In this document: positions 1-9,069 of the stretch, one piece after another
Layout of the letters: each line of letters opens with the position of its first letter
Position numbering within the stretch: position 1 is the stretch's first letter
DNA from: Caecitellus pseudoparvulus
Taxonomy: Eukaryota; Protista; Bigyra: Bicosoecida
Length of the DNA: 54,954 bases
Reading direction: 5' to 3'
NCBI GenBank assembly: GCA_965644315.1
Contig: CBFFRQ010000171.1
Coordinates: forward strand, 1-54,954
Translations under genes and position numbers: made by a program
The notes under the pieces: generated by a model
What the model saw: the letters and a program-made list of their open reading frames with translations, nothing else
What the model was told of the DNA's origin: nothing
Databases searched by the model: none

Positions 1-1325
1 TAACCCTAACCCTAACCCTAACCCTAACCCTAACCCTAACCCTAACCCTAACCCTAACCCTAACCCTAACCCTAACCCTAACCCTAACCCTAACCCTAAC
101 CCTAACCCTAACCCTAACCCTAACCCTAACCCTAACCCTAACCCTAACCCTAACCCTAACCCTAACCCTAACCCTAACCCTAACCCTAACCCTAACCCTA
201 ACCCTAACCCTAACCCTAACCCTAACCCTAACCCTAACCCTAACCCTAACCCTAACCCTAACCCTAACCCTAACCCTAACCCTAACCCTAACCCTAACCC
301 TAACCCTAACCCTAACCCTAACCCTAACCCTAACCCTAACCCTAACCCTAACCCTAACCCTAACCCTAACCCTAACCCTAACCCTAACCCTAACCCTAAC
401 CCTAACCCTAACCCTAACCCTAACCCTAACCCTAACCCTAACCCTAACCCTAACCCTAACCCTAACCCTAACCCTAACCCTAACCCTAACCCTAACCCTA
501 ACCCTAACCCTAACCCTAACCCTAACCCTAACCCTAACCCTAACCCTAACCCTAACCCTAACCCTAACCCTAACCCTAACCCTAACCCTAACCCTAACCC
601 TAACCCTAACCCTAACCCTAACCCTAACCCTAACCCTAACCCTAACCCTAACCCTAACCCTAACCCTAACCCTAACCCTAACCCTAACCCTAACCCTAAC
701 CCTAACCCTAACCCTAACCCTAACCCTAACCCTAACCCTAACCCTAACCCTAACCCTAACCCTAACCCTAACCCTAACCCTAACCCTAACCCTAACCCTA
801 ACCCTAACCCTAACCCTAACCCTAACCCTAACCCTAACCCTAACCCTAACCCTAACCCTAACCCTAACCCTAACCCTAACCCTAACCCTAACCCTAACCC
901 TAACCCTAACCCTAACCCTAACCCTAACCCTAACCCTAACCCTAACCCTAACCCTAACCCTAACCCTAACCCTAACCCTAACCCTAACCCTAACCCTAAC
1001 CCTAACCCTAACCCTAACCCTAACCCTAACCCTAACCCTAACCCTAACCCTAACCCTAACCCTAACCCTAACCCTAACCCTAACCCTAACCCTAACCCTA
1101 ACCCTAACCCTAACCCTAACCCTAACCCTAACCCTAACCCTAACCCTAACCCTAACCCTAACCCTAACCCTAACCCTAACCCTAACCCTAACCCTAACCC
1201 TAACCCTAACCCTAACCCTAACCCTAACCCTAACCCTAACCCTAACCCTAACCCTAACCCTAACCCTAACCCTAACCCTAACCCTAACCCTAACCCTAAC
1301 CCTAACCCTAACCCTAACCCTAACC
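1..1325. repeat. Telomere, (TAACCC)n = (TTAGGG)n on the - strand; left chromosome end
   Basis: 220 perfect TAACCC hexamers (1-1320) plus a partial TAACC, then an abrupt transition to unique sequence. Confidence 0.99.
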
Positions 1326-4252
1326 TAACTTTCCAAATGTCAAGCTAATCACAAGTTGTGAAGTGCTAACATTGCCTAATCCAGGCGCTCGTGCACCCAA
1401 GTGTGGTGTTGCACAGTGCTTGCTGGTTGGGTGGTGCGCACCGGGGCGGGGTAGTGCGAATTCCGCACACCATCGCACCGTGGCTCCCAGTTTGCGCCCT
1501 CGGTCGGGGCATGCACCTGGGATCGACATCAAAAGCATCATTGACAAGCATCATGAACGCCCAAGTGGATCAAGTCCTGGGGGTCCTCTTCGTGGAGGGG
1601 TGCCTGAAGCGCAAGCAAGTGCTCGGCCCCAGAACAGGTGTCTTCACTGACATGCCACGTCGGGGTGCCGCACGCACCTTCGAGCTTGGAGGACCCCTGC
1701 CCAAGACTGATCATGATAGTTCATCTTCGGCACGGGACATGTGGCTCGAGGTCTATGGGGAAGCCGCCGAACGGCTGATCCCAGGGCTGAGTGCGGAATT
1801 CGGCAACGCCAATGCGGCCCTGCGCCAGGGACCCACCGGATCGCCAACCATCCTCGTCACGCTCGGAAGTGAGGGTGATTCACCAACAGTGGCACGTCAA
1901 CTTCGCATTCTTGCTGCTCAAGAGGACGACTTCGCCATTCGAGTCGGCCAAGGTGGGTTCGTCGCCGTGGCCTACACCAACACCAAGCAGTTCGCATCGG
2001 CGAAGGCGAAAGTGAAGGTGAAGGCCCACCCCACCGCCATCCAAGTGGCCCACCAAGTGACCAAGGAAGCAACCGAAATCGCCTGCCAGTCAGGTGATGT
2101 TGCCAAGGTCATGTGCCTCGTTAGGTCCCACTTCGACCATGGCCCCGTGCCAGCCCAAGCCGTCCGTCCCAGTGTCAGACAATCCGTCCCCTCCGAGGGT
2201 GATGCACCTGTCGACACCAAGACACCATCGACCTGGACTGACACTCAGCTCGACAAGGCACCGAAGAAGAAGAAGACCCGTCGAGGCAAGCGAGGAAAGG
2301 GCAAGTCAGCCGGACGATCCCTCACCTTCGAGGACGTCTTCATCAAGAACGTCCGGCCACCTGCACCTCGACCAACCTCACCACCTGCCACCCAAGGCTC
2401 ACCCAAAGATACCGTCACCACCCCTGTGGTGCATGCCATGTTGCCTTCATCAAGGGTGCAGCGGGGCGTCGACCGCAAGTGGCCGTCCCCCACCCCGTCG
2501 GGCGAGGCAAGCCCCGAGGTGCACCGGTATCGGCCGTCTGCAGCAGCAGCATGGGAGGTGATCACAAGGGTGGTGCCTCTTCATGACAGTGTGCGGACAC
2601 CCGAGCACCTGGCCGAGTACCCCATCAAGCCTGGCCCTCTGGCCGACCTGCTGTCATCGACCCACGTGTACTCTAACGTGGGGGGGCGGGCCTGTGTCCA
2701 GGCCTGTCTCGAGACGGCAGCAGGGGAGAGGGTCTTCGAGGCTGGGGACCTCCTCCTACTCCAGCATGCAGCCACCATCAACGCTGCCCAGCTTGCCTTC
2801 AAGCACATGGTCAGGCAGCTGGAGGGGGTGGTCAGTGACTCGTCCAGCTCGGACATCATGGACGTCGGCCAGAAGCCACCCTCCCCCTTCCGCTCAGACG
2901 GGCAACGGGTGGCCGTCTTCCGCAACATGCTGCACCAGCACTCGCCGGATGACACCTTCCTGGCCCCAGGTACACCACCAGTCCTGCTTCCCGGCCTGCA
3001 CCTGCTCATCGACCGCATCAACCAAGGGTACCGTGCCCCAGCCGGGCATGATGACCTTGGCCAGGCCGGCGTCGACCCCAGCCAGGTTGATGAAGAGGGT
3101 GACCAAGAGGGGCACCTCGACGGAGTGCTGTATGCCTTCGCACTTCGAGAGGTGTGGACCGACAACACGGCCCATCTGCAGCTCATCCTCGTCGACCATG
3201 ATCGAGGCAAGCTGGTGCTGTGGAACCCCGACATCCCTGACCTCCATGACGAGCTGCCCCTGCACAAGTGCATGACCCGGCTGGCAGCCGAAGGCATCAA
3301 CGTCTTGTACCGGATCTGGACCACACCCGAGGCGGGCAGTCCAGCACCCTTCCGGGACAGGCTTCGAGGGGCACTCCAGTCTCTCCGAGATGACTTCCCC
3401 CCCCTGCCTCACAAGGCCACCGACGGCACCGTGCACCCCCAGACCCTCATCGCTGGCAAGGGCACAAGGGTGGCCATGCCTCATGGGCGGATGACCCGAC
3501 AGCAGGCCGCCACCCTGGAGGCTGAGGTCAAGGACCCCCTCAAGCGGCTGGTGCCTGAAGACGGCGAGGGTCGCCTGCCCAAGGTCAAGGATGTGCCCCA
3601 CATCTCGATCGGGCAGATGGGTGGACGCCTGATGTAAGTCACCTGTGGGGGCATACTCCCTGTGCCACACATGACTGAAGCTTTGTGTCGCGACCGACGC
3701 ACATAGCTGACATCGGACATTGGAAAGTCCAACCCAACCTCACCATCACCAACCCAACATCGATACCAACACATCAGGACTCGGCTCAGTGGAAGGGGAA
3801 GGCACTTGCAGCAAGATCTGTGAGGCCGCCCCCAAACCTGAGCCGAAGGGACAGCCGGGCTGGGTCGTGTGCTTGCATCTCAGCAACACCCAGTCCGTGT
3901 CGAGTCCATATCCTCCAGCCCACACCGCCACCCAAGCCAAGCAAGTCGGGTCTCCACCCCTGGACATCGGACCGAGACGGACGAGACTGGACTGGACGGA
4001 CAAGACAAGAGTGGACCGAGACCTGGACCTACACCTCAAGACCATCCCACCGGGGCGGGCGCTGAAGCGCCAAGACAGACGGCGACTTATACAACGGACA
4101 CGAGTCTGTGCTAGTCGCAAAGCCGTGCAAGCGGTGCCGTCGTGGTGTCTGTGTCACTGCATTCTGTTGTGGCGCAGGTGGCACCACATGTCCAAGCCCA
4201 AGCTGTACCATGATGTAGCCTGCATGGAGGCAATCTGCAATGCATTGAGTAG
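1326..4252 (+). mobile_element. Unit A: telomere-terminal, RT-less retroelement unit (single protease-like ORF plus structured 3' end)
   Basis: Bounded by the telomere and by CTAACCCTAACCCTAAC (4253-4269). Its ORF is visibly paralogous to the N-terminal half of the unit C polyprotein and its last ~200 nt align with unit B. No APE or RT motifs recognisable. Confidence 0.75.
1553..3637 (+). CDS. Unit A ORF: basic/disordered N-terminal part plus putative papain-fold (Cys-His-Asn) protease domain
   Basis: Open frame 1391-3637 with in-frame ATGs at 1511 and 1553 (start uncertain). Motifs KKKKTRRGKRGKGK, YSNVGGRACVQACLET (Cys 2693), AHLQLILVDHDRGKLVLWNPD (His 3173, Asn 3224) each have a counterpart in unit C. 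Confidence 0.75.
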   Translation: MNAQVDQVLGVLFVEGCLKRKQVLGPRTGVFTDMPRRGAARTFELGGPLPKTDHDSSSSARDMWLEVYGEAAERLIPGLSAEFGNANAALRQGPTGSPTILVTLGSEGDSPTVARQLRILAAQEDDFAIRVGQGGFVAVAYTNTKQFASAKAKVKVKAHPTAIQVAHQVTKEATEIACQSGDVAKVMCLVRSHFDHGPVPAQAVRPSVRQSVPSEGDAPVDTKTPSTWTDTQLDKAPKKKKTRRGKRGKGKSAGRSLTFEDVFIKNVRPPAPRPTSPPATQGSPKDTVTTPVVHAMLPSSRVQRGVDRKWPSPTPSGEASPEVHRYRPSAAAAWEVITRVVPLHDSVRTPEHLAEYPIKPGPLADLLSSTHVYSNVGGRACVQACLETAAGERVFEAGDLLLLQHAATINAAQLAFKHMVRQLEGVVSDSSSSDIMDVGQKPPSPFRSDGQRVAVFRNMLHQHSPDDTFLAPGTPPVLLPGLHLLIDRINQGYRAPAGHDDLGQAGVDPSQVDEEGDQEGHLDGVLYAFALREVWTDNTAHLQLILVDHDRGKLVLWNPDIPDLHDELPLHKCMTRLAAEGINVLYRIWTTPEAGSPAPFRDRLRGALQSLRDDFPPLPHKATDGTVHPQTLIAGKGTRVAMPHGRMTRQQAATLEAEVKDPLKRLVPEDGEGRLPKVKDVPHISIGQMGGRLM

Positions 4253-4269
4253 CTAACCCTAACCCTAAC
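4253..4269. repeat. Interstitial telomeric tract CTAACCCTAACCCTAAC (junction A/B)
   Basis: Read directly; same strand polarity as the terminal telomere. Confidence 0.95.
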
Positions 4270-4455
4270 GGGCAGGGACCTGCCCTAGCAAGTGGCGGCA
4301 GATATAACGGGTGCAAGCCTGTGTTTGTTGCGAATCCGCGCCAAGCGGTAGCCGCTGTGGCGTCCTACATGTGCAGAGGTGCATTGTGGGGCGCCCGTGT
4401 GACGCTCAAGCTGTACGGTGCCAAGCTGTGCCGAGGTGAAATGCATTGTGAGTTG
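4270..4455 (+). mobile_element. Unit B: ~186-bp 3'-terminal fragment (heavily 5'-truncated copy or SINE-like unit) of a related element
   Basis: Flanked on both sides by telomeric tracts; aligns by eye with 4058-4252 (shared caagcggt(a)gccg, caagctgtac, aatgcattg..gagt(a/t)gctaacc) but is clearly diverged. Confidence 0.7.
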
Positions 4456-4479
4456 CTAACCCTAACCCTAACCCTAACC
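4456..4479. repeat. Interstitial telomeric tract (CTAACC)4 (junction B/C)
   Basis: Read directly. Confidence 0.95.
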
Positions 4480-7400
4480 AAAAGCGCCACTGGCAGCGCG
4501 GGGGCAGCTCAGCCGGGCACAGTCTCTGTGGCACCTGCAACGGGGGAAGAAGAGAGCGAAACGCTGCCCCACACGTGCAGCACGGCACCCCATTCCAACC
4601 GTTGTGGTGAGAGGAGAGCCTCAGGCAGCACAGTGGCAGCAAAACCCACACCAGGCTCTGCTGCACCTGGAAAGAATCAGGCGAAGGGCCTGCCATCCCC
4701 CACACCAACAGCGGAACCCTGCCTGACGAGTGTTGACAGCCACGACAGATCAGTAGATGCTGATCAGACGGACACAGCACAAAGACGTTCACCATCAGGC
4801 GAAACGGGGGGAAACACACGGCACCCTCGCACAAAGACAACAAAGCGAGGGCGGCGTGGAAGGAGAAGTGCACGTGCATTCGAACAAGGGAAGCGAAATA
4901 TGGGAAAGGTAAAAGATTGCACAGACACACGGCAAGATCATGCACCTCACTCCGCACCCGACAAACGGAAAGGGCCAAGAGTGATACACCCTTCCTGGGA
5001 GGAGATCTTGCAAACAGATATCTCTGTTCCCCCTCAAAGCGATCTCCCAACATCCAGGGTGAAAACGCCACACGCAGGAAAAGGGAGCTCACCCAGCACA
5101 AGTCAAGCTTACATCCCTGGGCTCTCAGCTGGAAAGGCAGCAACCACCACTCATAGCATTTCATTGCCAAATGCGGGTGGCAAACATACCCCAACCAGTA
5201 CACAAAGTGTCAAGGAGACCCTGCACCGGAAGCAAGGCGGGCAACACACTGGAAACACTGATAAACGGGCGGCGGCAAATATCCGCCATGACGTTTCATC
5301 ACCCACGGAAAGCAAAAAGGAACTGGACACAACTGCTCGTGCCGATCTGACCACTCAATGTCCTGCTTCGGCTCATCAGACCACTCCCAGCGCAAACGCA
5401 GAAGCGACAGCTCCGCCCCAAAGCGTTTCACCCATACCGCACAGTTCAACGAGCAAATGCTCCAAGCTCGACAGGTCGGTGAGGCCTTCGAAGGAAGGAA
5501 ACGCTGCTTCACGTACCACTGTACCGAAGAAAACCGCGAAAGCCACTGCCAAGTACGATTGGACTTCCGCGCTTGACTACAACATCAGCCTCGACGAACA
5601 GGTAGCCTTCCTTCTAGCTAAATGCCGTGAAGAACTCGAAGACCGCCCCCGTGGTGTCGAGGCGGAGGCGGCCGGGGCGCCCACCAGCCCCGCTCTCCCC
5701 GCGGAGGGCAGGCGTGGCGGGACAGGCGGGCAGGCACCTGCGGAAGTTGAGGTGATCACCACCCACCCCGGCCGAGACCGCCGACACCCCCGTGGTGTCG
5801 AGGCGGAGGCGGCCGGGGCGCCCACCAGCCCCGCTCTCCCCGCGGAGGGCAGGCGTGGCGGGACAGGCGGGCAGGCACCTGCGGAAGTTGAGGTGATCAC
5901 CACCCACCCCGGCCGGAACCGCCGACACACTCGTGGTGTCGAGGCGGAGGCGGCCGGGGCGCCCACCAGCCCCGCTCTCCCCGCGGAGGGCAGGCGTGGC
6001 GGGACAGGCGGGCAGGCACCTGCGGAAGTTGAGGTGACCACCACCCACCCCGGCCGGAACCGCCGACACCCCCGTGGTGTCGAGGCGGAGGCGGCCGGGG
6101 CGCCCACCAGCCCCGCTCTCCCCGCGGAGGGCAGGCGTGGCGGGACAGGCGGGCAGGCACCTGCGGAAGTTGAGGTGACCACCACCCACCCCGGCCGAGA
6201 CCGCCGACACACTCGTGGTGTCGAGGCGGAGGCGGCCGGGGCGCCCACCAGCCCCGCTCTCCCCGCGGAGGGCAGGCGTGGCGGGACAGGCGGGCAGGCA
6301 CCTGCGGAAGTTGAGGTGACCACCACCCACCCCGGCCGGAACCGCCGACACCCCCGTGGTGTCGAGGCGGAGGCGGCCGGGGCGCCCACCAGCCCCGCTC
6401 TCCCCGCGGAGGGCAGGCGTGGCGGGACAGGCGGGCAGGCACCTGCGGAAGTTGAGGTGACCACCACCCACCCCGGCCGGAACCGCCGACACACTCGTGG
6501 TGTCGAGGCGGAGGCGGCCGGGGCGCCCACCAGCCCCGCTCTCCCCGCGGAGGGCAGGCGTGGCGGGACAGGCGGGCAGGCACCTGCGGAAGTTGAGTTG
6601 ATCACCACCCACCCCGGCCGAGACCGCCGACACACTCGTGGTGTCGAGGCGGAGGCGGCCGGGGCGCCCACCAGCCCCGCTCTCCCCGCGGAGGGCAGGC
6701 GTGGCGGGACAGGCGGGCAGGCACCTGCGGAAGTTGAGGTGACCACCACCCACCCCGGCCGGAACCGCCGACACACTCGTGGTGTCGAGGCGGAGGCGGC
6801 CGGGGCGCCCACCAGCCCCGCTCTCCCCGCGGAGGGCAGGCGTGGCGGGACAGGCGGGCAGGCACCTGCGGAAGTTGAGGTGATCACCACCCACCCCGGC
6901 CGGAACCGCCGACACCCCCGTGGTGTCGAGGCGGAGGCGGCCGGGGCGCCCACCAGCCCCGCTCTCCCCGCGGAGGGCAGGCGTGGCGGGACAGGCGGGC
7001 AGGTACCTGCGGAAGTTGAGGTGATCACCACCCACCCCGGCCGGAACCGCCGACACACTCGTGGTGTCGAGGCGGAGGCGGCCGGGGCGCCCACCAGCCC
7101 CGCTCTCCCCGCGGAGGGCAGGCGTGGCGGGACAGGCGGGCAGGCACCTGCGGAAGTTGAGGTGATCACCACCCACCCCGGCCGAGACCGCCGACACACT
7201 CGTGGTGTCGAGGCGGAGGCGGCCGGGGCGCCCACCAGCCCCGCTCTCCCCGCGGAGGGCAGGCGTGGCGGGACAGGCGGGCAGGCACCTGCGGAAGTTG
7301 AGGTGATCACCACCCACCCCGGCCGGAACCGCCGACACCCCCGTGGTGTCGAGGCGGAGGCGGCCGGGGCGCCCACCAGCCCCGCTCTCCCCGCGGAGGG

Positions 7401-9069
7401 CAGGCGTGGCGGGACAGGCGGGCAGGCACCTGCGGAAGTTGAGGTGACCACCACCCACCCCGGCCGGAACCGCCGACACACTCGTGGTGTCGAGGCGGAG
7501 GCGGCCGGGGCGCCCACCAGCCCCGCTCTCCCCGCGGAGGGCAGGCGTGGCGGGACAGGCGGGCAGGCATCTGCGGAAGTTGAGGTGATCACCACCCACC
7601 CCGGCCGGAACCGCCGACACACTCGTGGTGTCGAGGCGGAGGCGGCCGGGGCGCCCACCAGCCCCGCTCTCCCCGCGGAGGGCAGGCGTGGCGGGACAGG
7701 CGGGCAGGCACCTGCGGAAGTTGAGGTGATCACCACCCACCCCGGCCGAGACCGCCGACACACTCGTGGTGTCGAGGCGGAGGCGGCCGGGGCGCCCACC
7801 AGCCCCATCCCACCTGCGAAAAGTACTCATGGAGAAGAAGATGTAACAGACGCCGCCAAGGCTGCCACTCACCACCCTCTTGCGGAACTTGGGGTAGAAC
7901 GGCGTGATGCTTCACTGTCACCGCGAGGCCAACAGGGCCAACGTGGCGAGTCAGCGACCGCCAGGATCGACCATCGCGAAGGGGAGCCTGTGACAACCCT
8001 CATTACGGATGCTGAGGTGTCGGATGTGCCGACCTGCGGAACTTTGTCCCCCACGACGAAGTGGCGCGAAGATGCTGCGACAGGCGACGACGACTACCTG
8101 CAAGCTGCCCACGCAGCAGTAGTACGCGCCTCCACCGCCTTTCTGGCCGCAACTCGCGATCTTGAGTCGCCCATCATCGACCTCGAAGTCTCCCAGGACT
8201 CGCTGGCTCCAGCATGCGCGGGTGCGGGCGAGGATGCCGCGGCGGGGCCGGACGAAACGCTGCCTGAGATCCGGCATCCAGGTCGCACGCGAGACCATGC
8301 GGCGTGGCTCCGCGACCACGCTGGTGCGGCAGCAACAGGCTCCAGGGACCTTCCCCGGGTCCTGGCACAGGAACACGCCCGGACGCCGACGCTTGACTTC
8401 CGCCGCACGCCCAAGGGCCACCCCCTCCATGCCCTTGGGCTTGAGAGGACCTTCGTCAACGCGACGGGCAGCTCATGCGGCCAGGCGGTTCTTCAAACGC
8501 TTCTACAAGACACCCCCAACGGAAGCATGTGGACGACGCACTTCCGACATGCGACCATCCTGGAGAACGCGTTACGCATCGCGTCGTGCCCAGGTCCGGT
8601 GGAGAGCATGAGTTCCGCAGCTATGTCACTTAGCCCATCGGAGGCGGGGGACACACTGGGACCACTGATGTCCGCGGCCAGAGCCGTCCACATGGCCAGT
8701 GCACACGTGGGCCCCGACGAGTCATGGCCACCTCGGATGCTTCTCGCATCCCTGGTCCTGCTCGTCGAACTTACGAACGAAAGTCTCGCTCTTGATGACT
8801 CGAAGCGGGCTGCGTTCGCGGTGGGGTTGATGAAGTCGAAAACGGACCAGGGCCACGTGGCCACGCTGGTCTTCGACCACGTCAACCAATGCACCACCAT
8901 CATCGATCCGGACACCCCGGACAGGGCCAGCTGGGTGGAGGTGCACGGACCTCTGCCCGAAACCGGGGAGCCACCCATGCCCCCTGCCTCGAGGCCATGT
9001 TCACGGTCTACACGTGTGTCCCGGCCTCGCACGGAAGGGAGGGCATGGTGGATGCCCGGTTACGCTTAG
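4480..9069 (+). CDS. Unit C polyprotein part 1: disordered/basic region, 47-aa tandem repeats, putative papain-fold cysteine protease
   Basis: Frame of ORF 4321-9069 (its GTG start lies in unit B and crosses telomeric repeats as LTLTLTLT; first ATG inside unit C is 4900). FVNATGSSCGQAVLQTLLQ (Cys 8476), GHVATLVFDHVNQCTTIIDPD (His 8854, Asp 8905). Homology to ORF A switches to the -1 frame at ~8965-8985. Confidence 0.75.
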   Translation, partial: KSATGSAGAAQPGTVSVAPATGEEESETLPHTCSTAPHSNRCGERRASGSTVAAKPTPGSAAPGKNQAKGLPSPTPTAEPCLTSVDSHDRSVDADQTDTAQRRSPSGETGGNTRHPRTKTTKRGRRGRRSARAFEQGKRNMGKVKDCTDTRQDHAPHSAPDKRKGPRVIHPSWEEILQTDISVPPQSDLPTSRVKTPHAGKGSSPSTSQAYIPGLSAGKAATTTHSISLPNAGGKHTPTSTQSVKETLHRKQGGQHTGNTDKRAAANIRHDVSSPTESKKELDTTARADLTTQCPASAHQTTPSANAEATAPPQSVSPIPHSSTSKCSKLDRSVRPSKEGNAASRTTVPKKTAKATAKYDWTSALDYNISLDEQVAFLLAKCREELEDRPRGVEAEAAGAPTSPALPAEGRRGGTGGQAPAEVEVITTHPGRDRRHPRGVEAEAAGAPTSPALPAEGRRGGTGGQAPAEVEVITTHPGRNRRHTRGVEAEAAGAPTSPALPAEGRRGGTGGQAPAEVEVTTTHPGRNRRHPRGVEAEAAGAPTSPALPAEGRRGGTGGQAPAEVEVTTTHPGRDRRHTRGVEAEAAGAPTSPALPAEGRRGGTGGQAPAEVEVTTTHPGRNRRHPRGVEAEAAGAPTSPALPAEGRRGGTGGQAPAEVEVTTTHPGRNRRHTRGVEAEAAGAPTSPALPAEGRRGGTGGQAPAEVELITTHPGRDRRHTRGVEAEAAGAPTSPALPAEGRRGGTGGQAPAEVEVTTTHPGRNRRHTRGVEAEAAGAPTSPALPAEGRRGGTGGQAPAEVEVITTHPGRNRRHPRGVEAEAAGAPTSPALPAEGRRGGTGGQVPAEVEVITTHPGRNRRHTRGVEAEAAGAPTSPALPAEGRRGGTGGQAPAEVEVITTHPGRDRRHTRGVEAEAAGAPTSPALPAEGRRGGTGGQAPAEVEVITTHPGRNRRHPRGVEAEAAGAPTSPALPAEGRRGGTGGQAPAEVEVTTTHPGRNRRHTRGVEAEAAGAPTSPALPAEGRRGGTGGQASAEVEVITTHPGRNRRHTRGVEAEAAGAPTSPALPAEGRRGGTGGQAPAEVEVITTHPGRDRRHTRGVEAEAAGAPTSPIPPAKSTHGEEDVTDAAKAATHHPLAELGVERRDASLSPRGQQGQRGESATARIDHREGEPVTTLITDAEVSDVPTCGTLSPTTKWREDAATGDDDYLQAAHAAVVRASTAFLAATRDLESPIIDLEVSQDSLAPACAGAGEDAAAGPDETLPEIRHPGRTRDHAAWLRDHAGAAATGSRDLPRVLAQEHARTPTLDFRRTPKGHPLHALGLERTFVNATGSSCGQAVLQTLLQDTPNGSMWTTHFRHATILENALRIASCPGPVESMSSAAMSLSPSEAGDTLGPLMSAARAVHMASAHVGPDESWPPRMLLASLVLLVELTNESLALDDSKRAAFAVGLMKSKTDQGHVATLVFDHVNQCTTIIDPDTPDRASWVEVHGPLPETGEPPMPPASRPCSRSTRVSRPRTEGRAWWMPGYA
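5650..7806 (+). repeat. Coding minisatellite, 141-bp (47-aa) unit, 15 full copies plus a partial
   Basis: cgtggtgtcgagg recurs at 5650, 5791 ... 7765 (period 141); unit RGVEAEAAGAPTSPALPAEGRRGGTGGQAPAEVEV(I/T)TTHPGR(D/N)RRH(P/T). Confidence 0.97.

Noticed and set aside
3720-4256. 178-aa ORF downstream of ORF A
   Set aside because: TTG start, no recognisable motifs, and it overlaps the region whose conservation with unit B includes single-base indels and base-pair covariation, i.e. RNA-level constraint.
4321-4479. GTG start of the 1582-aa ORF as the true N-terminus
   Set aside because: Lies in unit B, which behaves as structured non-coding 3' sequence, and crosses telomeric repeats.
4058-4479. 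Host telomerase RNA gene, hammerhead or HDV ribozyme
   Set aside because: The template-like tract is terminal and longer than 1.5 repeats, the unit is duplicated within a retroelement chain, and ribozyme cores could not be fitted. Not formally excluded without a covariance search.
5650-7806. Possible CRISPR-like array
   Set aside because: No unique spacers; whole units are near-identical, in frame, and the context is eukaryotic.
5577-7875. Long - strand ORFs (743 and 753 aa) over the 141-bp array
   Set aside because: Shadow frames of a GC-rich, stop-free, 3n tandem repeat; they begin and end with the array.
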